The notes beneath the pieces are model-generated. The model saw only the letters and a list, made by a program, of their open reading frames with translations. It did not search any database and was not told the DNA's origin. From an uncultured Gammaproteobacteria bacterium (GTDB lineage: Bacteria > Patescibacteriota > Patescibacteriia > Patescibacteriales > WJLG01): a stretch of 64,000 nt of DNA. This document shows positions 42,075-51,582 of the stretch, piece by piece; position 1 is the first letter of the stretch, and the number at the start of each line of letters is the position of its first letter. The position numbers were made by a program, and so were the translations under genes. Location: contig CAYNAR010000001.1 in NCBI GenBank assembly GCA_964395625.1, positions 19 through 64,018 of the forward strand, given 5' to 3'.

Positions 42075-43844
42075 ATGATTGATGAGAGAGGAGAACAATT
42101 ATTATCATACTTAGTCCAAAAGGGAATAATCAGCCAACAAAAGATGGATGAAGTCGTTAGTGGTGCCTCCGACTCGCAAAAAAGGGCGGAGGATATTTTG
42201 ATAGAGCAGAAAATAATCGGCTCGGAAAAGATGGTCGAGTTGAAGGCGGAAATGATGGGCATGGCCTATATTAACGTCGATGGTCAGAATATTCCGGAGG
42301 AATCGCTCAATGTGATACCTTTCGAGGTGGCGCAGAATTATAAAATCGCTTGTTTCGAAAAGATTGGGTCAAAGATAAAAGTTGGTATGCTTGACCCCTT
42401 CAATGCGAAGGCGGTCGAAGCCGTTAATTTTTTGGCGCAAGAGCAGAATTTGGAAGTAGAGTATTATTTAATTTCCGAGGATAGTTTAAATAGTTTATTC
42501 ACCCAGCATCGTAATTTGGCGAAAGAGGTTTCCACTGCCTTGGAAAGTAAAGCTCGCGAAAGCAAAGAGGAGGGTGATTTTACTGAAGAGGAGGAGGGCA
42601 ATGAAGAATTGCTCGATGACAGTGTGGCTACAGCTCCCGTGGCAAGAATCGTCTCTGTTATTATTCGTCATGCTGTTGAAGAGAAAGCCTCGGATATACA
42701 TATAGAACCTATGGCTCGTGAGACACGTGTTCGTTATCGTGTCGATGGTCTCTTGAGGACATCTTTAGTTTTACCGAAGAGTATACATTTCGCCGTTGTT
42801 TCTAGGATAAAAGTTTTGGCGAAGTTGAAATTGGACGAGACTCGTATCCCTCAAGATGGGCGTATAAGGCTCATAGTCAACAAGAAAGAAGTCGATTTTC
42901 GTATTTCCATCATGCCTTTGGCCGGAGAGGAAAAAGTCGTTATCAGAATCTTGGATTTGGCTCGCGGTATCCCTAAATTGGAAGATTTGGGTTATTCTCA
43001 TCACGCTCTCGAGGTCATTAAGACGAATATACAAAAAACTTTCGGGTTGGTTTTGATAACCGGTCCGACAGGTAGCGGTAAATCGACCACATTAGCATCG
43101 GTATTGAGCATGCTTAATAACGAAGAGGTTAACATAGTGACACTAGAAGATCCTGTCGAATATCATATAAAGGGTGCAAATCAATCTCAGGTTAGGCCAA
43201 GCATCGGGTATACTTTTGCCAGTGGTCTTCGTTCTATTTTGCGCCAAGACCCCGATATAGTTATGGTCGGTGAGATTCGTGATAACGAGACCGCCGAATT
43301 GTCCATTCATGCCGGTTTGACCGGTCACTTTGTTCTTTCCACTTTGCACACTAATAACGCTATCGACGTCATCCCTCGTCTCTTGGATATGAAAGTCGAG
43401 CCTTTTCTTCTTTCTTCGACATTGAATACTATAGTAGCTCAGCGTCTTTCTCGTAAAATATGCTCCAATTGCAAGACCAAGGCTTCCGTATCACTGGGTC
43501 TCCTGGAACAGATTAAGAAGGAATTGAGAACCGTCAATCCGAAGATACTTCAAGAGAGGATTCCAGGTATTCAGACGGTGGACGACATAAAGGCCGATAT
43601 GTTCTATGAAGGTGCCGGTTGTCAATATTGTAAGAATACCGGTTATGGCGGTCGTGTTGCCGTAGTCGAAGTCATCGACGTCAATCCTTTCATTCAAAAT
43701 TTTATCATGAAGTCCGATCAGCTCCTGACCGACGACGTAGTGCGCGAGAATCAATTGTATACTACAATGAAGGAGGACGGCTATATTAAAGTTTTGCAAG
43801 GGCTGACTACGATAGAGGAGGTCTTAAGAGTAATACAAGACTAG
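42075..43844 (+). CDS. pilB: Type IV pilus assembly ATPase PilB (GspE family)
   Basis: 589 aa. N-terminal MshEN/GSPII_E_N-like domain. Walker A GPTGSGKST. Asp box LEDPVE. LRQDPDIVMVGEIRD. His box TGHFVLSTLHTN. Tetracysteine C..C...C..C. Confidence 0.9.
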   Translation: MIDERGEQLLSYLVQKGIISQQKMDEVVSGASDSQKRAEDILIEQKIIGSEKMVELKAEMMGMAYINVDGQNIPEESLNVIPFEVAQNYKIACFEKIGSKIKVGMLDPFNAKAVEAVNFLAQEQNLEVEYYLISEDSLNSLFTQHRNLAKEVSTALESKARESKEEGDFTEEEEGNEELLDDSVATAPVARIVSVIIRHAVEEKASDIHIEPMARETRVRYRVDGLLRTSLVLPKSIHFAVVSRIKVLAKLKLDETRIPQDGRIRLIVNKKEVDFRISIMPLAGEEKVVIRILDLARGIPKLEDLGYSHHALEVIKTNIQKTFGLVLITGPTGSGKSTTLASVLSMLNNEEVNIVTLEDPVEYHIKGANQSQVRPSIGYTFASGLRSILRQDPDIVMVGEIRDNETAELSIHAGLTGHFVLSTLHTNNAIDVIPRLLDMKVEPFLLSSTLNTIVAQRLSRKICSNCKTKASVSLGLLEQIKKELRTVNPKILQERIPGIQTVDDIKADMFYEGAGCQYCKNTGYGGRVAVVEVIDVNPFIQNFIMKSDQLLTDDVVRENQLYTTMKEDGYIKVLQGLTTIEEVLRVIQD

Positions 43845-43846
43845 TT

Positions 43847-44260
43847 ATGACTTATAGAGATTTAAACATTAACGAGAAAAAGGGTGATGTGAGAGTTCTG
43901 TTGTTGGAGGACGACCCTTATCTTTCTAAATTTTATCAAGATCGTTTCAAGGCTTTCGGGTTTGATCTTTTTGTCGAGGATGATGAGGATGAGGGGTTCG
44001 ATCTCGCCGTTTCCTGCCGTCCGGATGTTATCGTGTTGGATATAAGTTTGCCGAAAAGCGACGATTTAGATTTTATAGAAAGGGTAAAAAAACATATAGA
44101 GCTGTCAAATACACCGATAATGGTTTTGACCGACCTTAATGACGAGTATGATAAAAAGAGGGGGTTGGCGGCCGGGGCTAAAGAGTATTTGGTCCGTGAC
44201 GATTTGCCACTCAAAGACGTAGCTGATAAAATTCGCGCCTTGGCGGCGCTTAATAGATAA
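43847..44260 (+). CDS. Stand-alone response regulator receiver protein embedded in the pilus operon
   Basis: 137 aa. LLLEDD, DVIVLDISLP, IMVLTDL and AKEYLV receiver motifs. No output domain. Confidence 0.8.
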   Translation: MTYRDLNINEKKGDVRVLLLEDDPYLSKFYQDRFKAFGFDLFVEDDEDEGFDLAVSCRPDVIVLDISLPKSDDLDFIERVKKHIELSNTPIMVLTDLNDEYDKKRGLAAGAKEYLVRDDLPLKDVADKIRALAALNR

Positions 44261-44263
44261 AAT

Positions 44264-45313
44264 ATGGAATCACCAGTAGATTTTTTCAAACGATTGCTTT
44301 TAGAGATGGTAAAGAGAAGTGCCTCCAGCCTTCACTTGGTGGTGGGAAGTTCGCCGTTGTTTCGCGTTAACGGACGTTTTGTGTTCGATTCGGAAGATGT
44401 GATTTTGAAGAGTGATGATTTGGTTAAGATAATAAACTCTTTTCTCACCGAGGGTGAGGTTATAGAATTGGAGGATAAAAGAGAGTTGTCTATGGTTAAG
44501 GATTTTGGTGAGAATTTTCGTTTTCGTGTGAGTATATATTATCAGAGGGGCACTCTTTCAATGGCTGTCAACTATATTTCCGACGAGATAATCGATTTGG
44601 ATAGGCTTGGTTTTCCAAAAAGTTTCGTTAGGGGTTTATCGAGGGCAAGCGGCCTTTTGATAGTGGCCGGTCCTCCGTCTTCAGGTAAGACTATGACAGC
44701 TTCCAGTATTATCGATAGGGTCAACAACGAGCAAAGAAAATTGATAGTTACTTTAGAGAGTCCGATAGAAAAGATATTTATCGGCAAAAAGAGCGTGGTG
44801 GTTCAGCGTCAAGTTGGGCAGGATGTGAGTTCTTATACCGCTGGTTTGAAATATTATCTGAGTGATGATGTGGATGTGGTCTATATCGACGAGGTACGAG
44901 AAGATTTCGACAAGGCGCTGCCTTATATCTTGGAGCTTGCGACAGGCAATACTTTGGTTATTCTGGAGATTAATGCGGAAAATTCTATAAGGGCATTGGA
45001 AAAGATAATGAACACTAACTGTTCGTCTTTGGGGCGTGAGTCGATTCGCTATCTACTGGCCGATGTTCTTTATGGTGTGATAGCGCAAAGATTGTTGCCT
45101 AATCGTGAGAGCGGTCTATCTCTGGCAGTCGAGATTTTGGTTTCGAATTTCGCCGTCAGGTCGCTGATTCGTGACGGCAATATTTATCAATTGGAAAACG
45201 TCATGCAAAATTCCGGAGAAGAGGGGATGGTTAGTATGGAAAAGTCGATCAAAGACCTTCTTTTATCAGGAGAAATAGATCGCGCGGATGTAGGACATAG
45301 TGTGGATGTCTAG
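44264..45313 (+). CDS. pilT: PilT-like hexameric ATPase with divergent catalytic motifs
   Basis: 349 aa, collinear with PilT (ASSLHLVVGSSPLFRVNG; Walker A GPPSSGKT; IVTLESPIE; VVYIDEVRE). The His box reads TGNTLVILEINA, and the RxDPD arginine is replaced (LSDDVD). Confidence 0.75.
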   Translation: MESPVDFFKRLLLEMVKRSASSLHLVVGSSPLFRVNGRFVFDSEDVILKSDDLVKIINSFLTEGEVIELEDKRELSMVKDFGENFRFRVSIYYQRGTLSMAVNYISDEIIDLDRLGFPKSFVRGLSRASGLLIVAGPPSSGKTMTASSIIDRVNNEQRKLIVTLESPIEKIFIGKKSVVVQRQVGQDVSSYTAGLKYYLSDDVDVVYIDEVREDFDKALPYILELATGNTLVILEINAENSIRALEKIMNTNCSSLGRESIRYLLADVLYGVIAQRLLPNRESGLSLAVEILVSNFAVRSLIRDGNIYQLENVMQNSGEEGMVSMEKSIKDLLLSGEIDRADVGHSVDV

Positions 45314-45330
45314 GTTTTTAATAAAAAAAT

Positions 45331-46536
45331 ATGCCAACATATAGTTATAAAGCGATCAATTCCCACGGTCTTAGCGTTCAAGGAACTATCAATGCCTTTA
45401 ACGACCGTGCCGCAATCGAGCGTCTGGATGAGAGGGGGTTGAAGTCGATCAAACTCAGAGACAAGACCGATAGCCTGTTACTAAAAGTCATGACCTTGAT
45501 TATGCCTGTCAAGGTTAAGGATTTGGTGGTTTTTTCTCGTCAGTTCTCGGTGATGATTTCAGCGAACTTGGCCCTGGTTCAGGCTTTGAAAATTTGTGCC
45601 GAGCAGACCGAGAACGCAACTCTCAAGGCTGTGGTTTTCGAGTTGGCCTATGAGGTCGACGGTGGGTCTTCTTTGTCCGCCGCGATGCTTAAGAGACCGA
45701 AGGTTTTCACTCCTTTTTTTACTAACGTCATTCGTTCCGGTGAGACTTCCGGGCGCTTGGACGAGGTTTTGACTTATTTGGCCGACGAGATGGAAAAGGA
45801 TTATGATATGTCCAGTAAGATAAAAGGTGCAATGATATATCCGGCTTTCGTGTTGTCGATGTTGTTCGGTGTCGGTATTCTTATGATGGTGTTTATTGTT
45901 CCGAAATTGACCAATATAATGACGGAAACCGGTGCCAAATTGCCGGTTTCTACTAGGATCATAATAAGCATATCCGATTTTTTAGTCGATTTTTGGTGGA
46001 CTTTGGCCTTTATTATCGGTGGAGTTTTCATCGGAGTTAGATCGACCCTGCGAACCGAAAAGGGGCGAAGGATTTTTGATAGGGCGAAACTCCATTTACC
46101 GGTCTTTGGTAGATTGTTCCAGCTTATATATATAGTTCGTTTCTCTAGGTCGTTAAGTACTCTGATAACCGGTGGTGTCGCTATAGCCAAGAGTTTGGAT
46201 GTTATAGCTGATATAGTGGGTAATCAGATATTTCGCGATTTGATAATTGCCAGTAAGAATTCTGTCGAGGAGGGTGGATCGCTGGCTAAGCCTTTTATGG
46301 CCAGCGAAGAAGTTCCGAAGATGGTTCCGCAAATGATAGTAGTCGGTGAAAAAACCGGTAAGTTGGATTTAGTCTTGAAGAGAATATCGGATTTTTACAG
46401 CAGAGAGATATCGGCTTTTTTGGCCAACGTCATGACCTTGATGGAGCCTTTAATAATGATATTCATGGGTGTTGGCGTGGGAATGATGGTCGCCGCAGTC
46501 TTGATGCCTATGTACAACATGGCTAGCCAGTTTTAA
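45331..46536 (+). CDS. pilC: Type IV pilus platform protein PilC (GspF family)
   Basis: 401 aa. Duplicated T2SSF domains and three TM segments. Confidence 0.9.
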   Translation: MPTYSYKAINSHGLSVQGTINAFNDRAAIERLDERGLKSIKLRDKTDSLLLKVMTLIMPVKVKDLVVFSRQFSVMISANLALVQALKICAEQTENATLKAVVFELAYEVDGGSSLSAAMLKRPKVFTPFFTNVIRSGETSGRLDEVLTYLADEMEKDYDMSSKIKGAMIYPAFVLSMLFGVGILMMVFIVPKLTNIMTETGAKLPVSTRIIISISDFLVDFWWTLAFIIGGVFIGVRSTLRTEKGRRIFDRAKLHLPVFGRLFQLIYIVRFSRSLSTLITGGVAIAKSLDVIADIVGNQIFRDLIIASKNSVEEGGSLAKPFMASEEVPKMVPQMIVVGEKTGKLDLVLKRISDFYSREISAFLANVMTLMEPLIMIFMGVGVGMMVAAVLMPMYNMASQF

Positions 46537-46612
46537 AAAAATACAAAATAATGTATAATCTAGGTGTTGTTTATTACGACGCCGTTATTATTAAATAGAC
46601 AGGAGGTGATTT

Positions 46613-47047
46613 ATGAATAAAAAAATAAATACACAAAAAGGTTTTACTCTTATAGAGTTGCTGGTGGTCATCGCAATCATTGGCCTATTATCGACTTTAT
46701 CCGTCGTCGCGTTGAGTAGTGCAAGAGAGAAAGCCAGAAACGCTAGACGCGTCGCAGATATAAAACAGGTTCAGACGGCTCTGGAGCTTTATTATAACGA
46801 TAATAATTCTTATCCGACTAGTGTCGATTTTTCCGGTTCAGGCACTATCGCAAATGCCGGTATCACCTACATGACCGCCGTTCCGGTGAATCCGACTCCT
46901 TGGAGTGAGGGGGGGTGCACTAATAGCAACTACATATACGAGACCGCTGATGTTAATACGTACTCTATTTATTATTGCATAAGCGATAATACTGGAGGAA
47001 TTACAGCTGGCGTGAATCACGCCACTCCAGCTAGTATAAGCAATTAA
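46613..47047 (+). CDS. pilA: Type IV pilin (prepilin with N-terminal methylation motif)
   Basis: AGGAGG RBS. Leader MNKKINTQKG|FTLIELLVVIAIIGLL. C-terminal Cys pair (GGC...YYC). Confidence 0.9.
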   Translation: MNKKINTQKGFTLIELLVVIAIIGLLSTLSVVALSSAREKARNARRVADIKQVQTALELYYNDNNSYPTSVDFSGSGTIANAGITYMTAVPVNPTPWSEGGCTNSNYIYETADVNTYSIYYCISDNTGGITAGVNHATPASISN

Positions 47048-47139
47048 CGTTGTTTCTATTTTCTTTTGATTGTGGTATAATTAAATACAGAATGTTTTTT
47101 GCCTGTGGATAATTAACGCCTTTATTATTTTTTTATCAT

Positions 47140-47571
47140 ATGATTAAAAATCGCAAGGGTTTTACCCTCATCGAGCTTTTGGTGGTTATCGCCATCATTG
47201 GCTTGTTATCAACCCTTTCTGTCGTTGCTTTGAACAGCGCCAGAGAGAAAGCTAGGAATGCCAGAAGAGTTTCCGATGTTAAGCAGGTGCAGACCGCTTT
47301 GGAGCTCTACATGAACGATCTCGGAAGTTATCCGACTACCGGTGCCGTGGTTTTTGCTACAACCGCTTCAATCGTGGGTGGTGGCAAGACTTATATGGCT
47401 TCGGTTCCTTCCAATCCGATCCCTATGAACGACGGAAATTGCCCAAACAGCAATTATGATTACAGTCGTCAAGGTGTGACCACTTACACCATCACCTATT
47501 GCTTGTCTGAGGCTACCGGCGGCATCGCTGCCGGCACCAGATACGCCACTCCAGCCGGTATCGACGATTGA
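47140..47571 (+). CDS. Type IV pilin, paralogue of 46613-47047
   Basis: MIKNRKG|FTLIELLVVIAIIGLL. The N-terminal 60 aa are nearly identical to the upstream pilin but with many synonymous DNA differences. Own TGgTATAAT promoter element at about 47083-47091. Cys pair GNC...TYC. Confidence 0.9.
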   Translation: MIKNRKGFTLIELLVVIAIIGLLSTLSVVALNSAREKARNARRVSDVKQVQTALELYMNDLGSYPTTGAVVFATTASIVGGGKTYMASVPSNPIPMNDGNCPNSNYDYSRQGVTTYTITYCLSEATGGIAAGTRYATPAGIDD

Positions 47572-47584
47572 TTTCTTGTGTTCA

Positions 47585-47660
47585 AACCCCTATCCCATCC
47601 ATTGAATATTTAGCCAATTCTTGGTTAATGGACAATGGTTGGGGTGGGGGTTTTATTTTT
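47585..47660 (+). terminator. Long-stem rho-independent terminator after the pilin genes
   Basis: The 20-nt arms 47585-47604 and 47633-47652 pair at 19 of 20 positions. Two of the pairs are U-G, valid only on the + strand. An inner ccaa/ttgg hairpin and a following T-run complete it. Confidence 0.85.
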
Positions 47661-47686
47661 CTTAAAAGTGATGTTATAATGCTTCT

Positions 47687-49990
47687 ATGAAAGAAAAAGC
47701 TATTAAAATTTGCCAAGGAGTTATCGATTTTTCAATATTTTCTATTGTTTTACTAGTGCCAGTGCTATTTTCCGCTTTTAGTGAGTCGTGGAACGCTTTT
47801 GAGCTTCCCAAGATGGTTTTATTCAGGTTTTTATTGGCCACTGGTATAATCGCTTGGATTTCTAAAAGTTTTTTGCAGGGATATTTTAAAATACGTTTTT
47901 CAAAACCATTGTTTTTTCTGCTTTCTCTATTGCTCGTATCTTTTTTTGTATCCAGCATATTTTCCATTCATCCTTTGACAAGTTTTTGGGGTAAATATCA
48001 TCGCTTGCAAGGTTTTTCCTCTTTCTTGTCTTATTTTTTATTCTTTTGGTTGTGTTTTTTTGAAGTAAGAACCTGGGCAATGGTAAAGAAGTGTCTTTTG
48101 GCTGTAATTATATCCTCGGTTTTCGTTTGTTTCTATGGGGTAATACAATTTCTATATCTAGATCCTTTTAATTGGGCGGAGCCATTTTCTTATACCAGAA
48201 GAATATTTTCAACCATCGGTCAGCCAAATTTTTTAGGCCACTATCTTATAATGGTGATTCCGGTCACCGTTTTTTGGTTAGTGTTTGTGTCTAAAAAAAT
48301 TATCGCCCGCACTTTATTGTCGGTACTTCTTGTTTCGCAAATGTCTTGTCTTTATTTTACTTGGAGTCGTTCGGCTTTACTCGGATTATTCGTTCAGGGG
48401 TGGGTGTTTTTGATATTTTTCTTTTGGCTAAAATGTAGGCGCATTTTTAAGGTGTTTTTAATCATATCCACAATACTTGCTTTGCTGTTTGCAGCCTTGT
48501 TTCTTGTTCCCAAAAATGGCAATAATGATTTTTGGATGAAAAGTCGCTGGATTAGTTCATTCAATCTCAATATTGGATCAGCAAAGACAAGAATGCTTTA
48601 TTGGTCTGGCGCCACGAAACAATTTTTGAATGCCTCCCCAGGGAGAAAAGTGTTTGGTTTTGGGCAGGATGTTCTTTCCAGTTTTACTGTAAGGTGGTAT
48701 GACAGCGAGTGGGCCAACTTTGAGAAGTTGAATTTGTGGCCCGATAGAATGCATAATTTATTTTTTGACGCCTTAATGTCCACTGGCGTTTTTTCTGTTT
48801 TGGTATACTTCGCTATTTTTATTCTGTTCGCCTTTTATGTTTTTAGATATATTCGCAATAGAAACAATAGCAATGAATATTTTTTTGTTCTGACTTTAGT
48901 GGTTTCTTTTGCTGGCTATTTAATGAATAATTTTTTGAGTTTTTCTTTGACGGTTTTGTTTATTTATTTTTACCTTTTTTTGGCCCTGCTTGCGTCATTA
49001 GTCATTCCTTGGAAAGAGAGGGAATTTAAGGTGCTCCTTACGCCATTTTCAAAGATTATTATTGTTGTAGCATTTTTTTTCTTTATAACAGTGTTTATTT
49101 TTTATAAGGGTGTCATGATGTTGAAGGCTGATAGTTACTTCATGGATACACGAAATAAAGAGAGGATATCCAATTGTGCGGCACTGCCATCAAGTCGTTT
49201 GGCTATGGTCACTAATCCAGACGAGGGCGTGTACCGTGAGGAATATATCTATAATGCGCTCAATTGTTTGGAGGTTATTGTTGATAACGAAAATAAAAAA
49301 GCTTTGATGGATAATATAGATTTAGTTTTAGCTGATATTCCGCCAAAGGAGGTTAATTATTTCTTGAAGGTTGAAATAGCCAATAGTCTTTCCGTAAAAG
49401 GACGATATTTTGATAAAAGTTATAATGAAAAGGCTGAGAATGCTTTTTTGGGCTTAATTAAAGAGTATCCTAACGTTAGTCAAGTCTATTTTTATTATGG
49501 TTTCCATAAACTGCGCCTTGGCGATTACGAGGGAGTGCTGTCCTTAGTTTCAAAAGTAGATAGTATTTTGCCACAATTAAAATTGCCAATATATTCCTTA
49601 AACATTGAACATTGGCAGACAATAGCTGATGAGCGTGTTCGTTTTTATGATCTAGCCGCTAGCGCTAGCGAGAAGAAGGGCGATTTAATGGGCGCTGCTG
49701 ATTATTATCTTAAAGCTGTTAAGGCTAGTCCATATAGATTAGTTGATTACAAAAGGAGAGCGGATATGTATTACTTGAGCGGACAAATAGACGATGCTAT
49801 TACTTGCAATCAGCGTGGTTATTCAATGTCGCGCAAGGACTACTCTTGGCCGCTAGCCATAAGTCTTTTATATGACGAGAATAAAAATGGTGAGATGGCT
49901 GTTGAGTATGCTAATCAAGCTTTGGCCATAAATGAAGCAGCAACTTCAGCTCTTAAGATTTTGGAAAAATACGGGAAGTCAAAGAGATGA
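47687..49990 (+). CDS. O-antigen ligase (Wzy_C)-like polytopic membrane protein with a C-terminal TPR domain
   Basis: 767 aa. At least 10 TM helices. Wzy_C-like segment YFTWSRSALLGLFV. C-terminal 250 aa are TPR-like (YYLKAVKASP, YYLSGQIDDAI). Confidence 0.65.
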   Translation: MKEKAIKICQGVIDFSIFSIVLLVPVLFSAFSESWNAFELPKMVLFRFLLATGIIAWISKSFLQGYFKIRFSKPLFFLLSLLLVSFFVSSIFSIHPLTSFWGKYHRLQGFSSFLSYFLFFWLCFFEVRTWAMVKKCLLAVIISSVFVCFYGVIQFLYLDPFNWAEPFSYTRRIFSTIGQPNFLGHYLIMVIPVTVFWLVFVSKKIIARTLLSVLLVSQMSCLYFTWSRSALLGLFVQGWVFLIFFFWLKCRRIFKVFLIISTILALLFAALFLVPKNGNNDFWMKSRWISSFNLNIGSAKTRMLYWSGATKQFLNASPGRKVFGFGQDVLSSFTVRWYDSEWANFEKLNLWPDRMHNLFFDALMSTGVFSVLVYFAIFILFAFYVFRYIRNRNNSNEYFFVLTLVVSFAGYLMNNFLSFSLTVLFIYFYLFLALLASLVIPWKEREFKVLLTPFSKIIIVVAFFFFITVFIFYKGVMMLKADSYFMDTRNKERISNCAALPSSRLAMVTNPDEGVYREEYIYNALNCLEVIVDNENKKALMDNIDLVLADIPPKEVNYFLKVEIANSLSVKGRYFDKSYNEKAENAFLGLIKEYPNVSQVYFYYGFHKLRLGDYEGVLSLVSKVDSILPQLKLPIYSLNIEHWQTIADERVRFYDLAASASEKKGDLMGAADYYLKAVKASPYRLVDYKRRADMYYLSGQIDDAITCNQRGYSMSRKDYSWPLAISLLYDENKNGEMAVEYANQALAINEAATSALKILEKYGKSKR

Positions 49991-50124
49991 GAATGTTTTA
50001 ATGGTTGATTTATTGAATTTGATTGAATAGTTGAAAAGAGTGTAAATTTTGTATTTTTTATTACTCGCAAAAGATAAGAATAATAGGTTGATAGTATTTA
50101 GTTATTATTTAGATTGGAATAGCT

Positions 50125-50685
50125 ATGAGTGAGAAAAATTTAAAATTAAATCTTGGTTGTGGTCGCAACTATTTATCCGGTTGGGTTAATATAGATAACA
50201 ATAAAAGCGTGAACTCCGATGTTGTTTGTGATTTGAATTCTTTCCCTTATCCATTTGCCGATAGTTGCGCAAAAGAGATTTTAATGGAGCATGTTCTCGA
50301 GCATTTATCTGATCCATTGGCTGTAATGGCGGAAATTTATCGCTTGGCGCAAGATGGCGCTGTCGTGACCATAAAATCACCACATTTTTCATGTAATTGG
50401 CTTCACCCGGGACATAAATCAGCAATCAGTACCAAATTGTTTGATTTTTTAAATACAAAAAATGAGGAGTATTACGGGTGCACTGAATTCGTCGTGAAAA
50501 AAAAATATTTACACTGGATGCGTGGTGGCGCAAAGGGGAAAAAGGGCTCGTGGCCGATACTTGCTTTAAGTTTTATTATTAATTTTTTGGCAAATATCAA
50601 TCCGGCTGTAACCGAAAGAATTTGGTGTTATTGGGTTGGGGGATTTGAGGAGCTTTCTTTTTTTGTCTCGGTCCGTAAAAAATAA
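50125..50685 (+). CDS. SAM-dependent methyltransferase (Methyltransf_11-like)
   Basis: 186 aa. Motif I LNLGCGRNYLSGWVNID. Also EHVLEHL. Confidence 0.65.
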   Translation: MSEKNLKLNLGCGRNYLSGWVNIDNNKSVNSDVVCDLNSFPYPFADSCAKEILMEHVLEHLSDPLAVMAEIYRLAQDGAVVTIKSPHFSCNWLHPGHKSAISTKLFDFLNTKNEEYYGCTEFVVKKKYLHWMRGGAKGKKGSWPILALSFIINFLANINPAVTERIWCYWVGGFEELSFFVSVRKK

Positions 50686-50694
50686 TTTTTAAAT

Positions 50695-51489
50695 ATGTTG
50701 TATGTCTTTTTACTCACCGTCATAGGCTTACTTATAGGAAGTTTCACGAATTGTTTTGTTTGGCGTTTGTACAAGAGTGAGAGCTTGATGAATAGGTCCT
50801 ACTGCCCAAAATGTGGCAAGATGATATCTTGGCATGACAATGTTCCGGTGCTTAGCTTCTTGTTGCTTAGGGGGCATTGTCGTCATTGTAAGGGTTCTAT
50901 AAGCTGGCAATATCCGATAGTCGAGATATCGACGGCTTTGTTATTCGGTGCCGCGGCCTATTCTTTGATAGATAAATTTGGTGGGAATTGGCCTTACCTC
51001 GTTTTTCTCGATAATTATTTCACATTGCTTCTGGCGAGGAATCTTTTTATAATTTTTGTTTTTACGGTCGTTTTTATTTACGATTTCCGTTGGTTTTTAG
51101 TCTCTGACAGGTTTGTTCTCCCTGCAGCGGCCGTTCTACTAACTATGAACCTAATGCTTGGTAGCGATTGGCGCTGGGCCGTCGCCTCGTCTTTTCTCGG
51201 AGCTTTGTTTTTCTTTATTCAATTCGCCGTTTCTCGTGGTAAGTGGGTCGGTGGCGGGGACATAAGACTAGGACTCTTGGTGGGTGCGGCTTTTTGCAGT
51301 TTGGATTATTTGTTGGTTGTTTTGATGATAGCTTATTTTGTCGGGTCTTTGGTTGGGATAACTCTCATGTCGTTTAAGAAAAAAGGTTGGAAATCAGAGC
51401 TTCCTTTTGGCGTTTTTTTGGCTATTTCTAGTGTTTTTTGCTTATTCTTTGGTCGGACCATAATAGATTGGTATTTGGGCATGATTTGA
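50695..51489 (+). CDS. pilD: Prepilin peptidase (A24 family) PilD
   Basis: 264 aa. CPKCGKMISWHDNVPVLSFLLLRGHCRHC zinc motif. GGGDIRL catalytic Asp motif. Multi-TM. Confidence 0.9.
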   Translation: MLYVFLLTVIGLLIGSFTNCFVWRLYKSESLMNRSYCPKCGKMISWHDNVPVLSFLLLRGHCRHCKGSISWQYPIVEISTALLFGAAAYSLIDKFGGNWPYLVFLDNYFTLLLARNLFIIFVFTVVFIYDFRWFLVSDRFVLPAAAVLLTMNLMLGSDWRWAVASSFLGALFFFIQFAVSRGKWVGGGDIRLGLLVGAAFCSLDYLLVVLMIAYFVGSLVGITLMSFKKKGWKSELPFGVFLAISSVFCLFFGRTIIDWYLGMI

Positions 51490-51582
51490 TATTGGCAAGA
51501 GGATTTTTATATTGTATAATTTGTAGTATAAGATATAAATTTTCTTTTTGCTTTTGGGGAATATAATTTTCCAGAATTTTTT

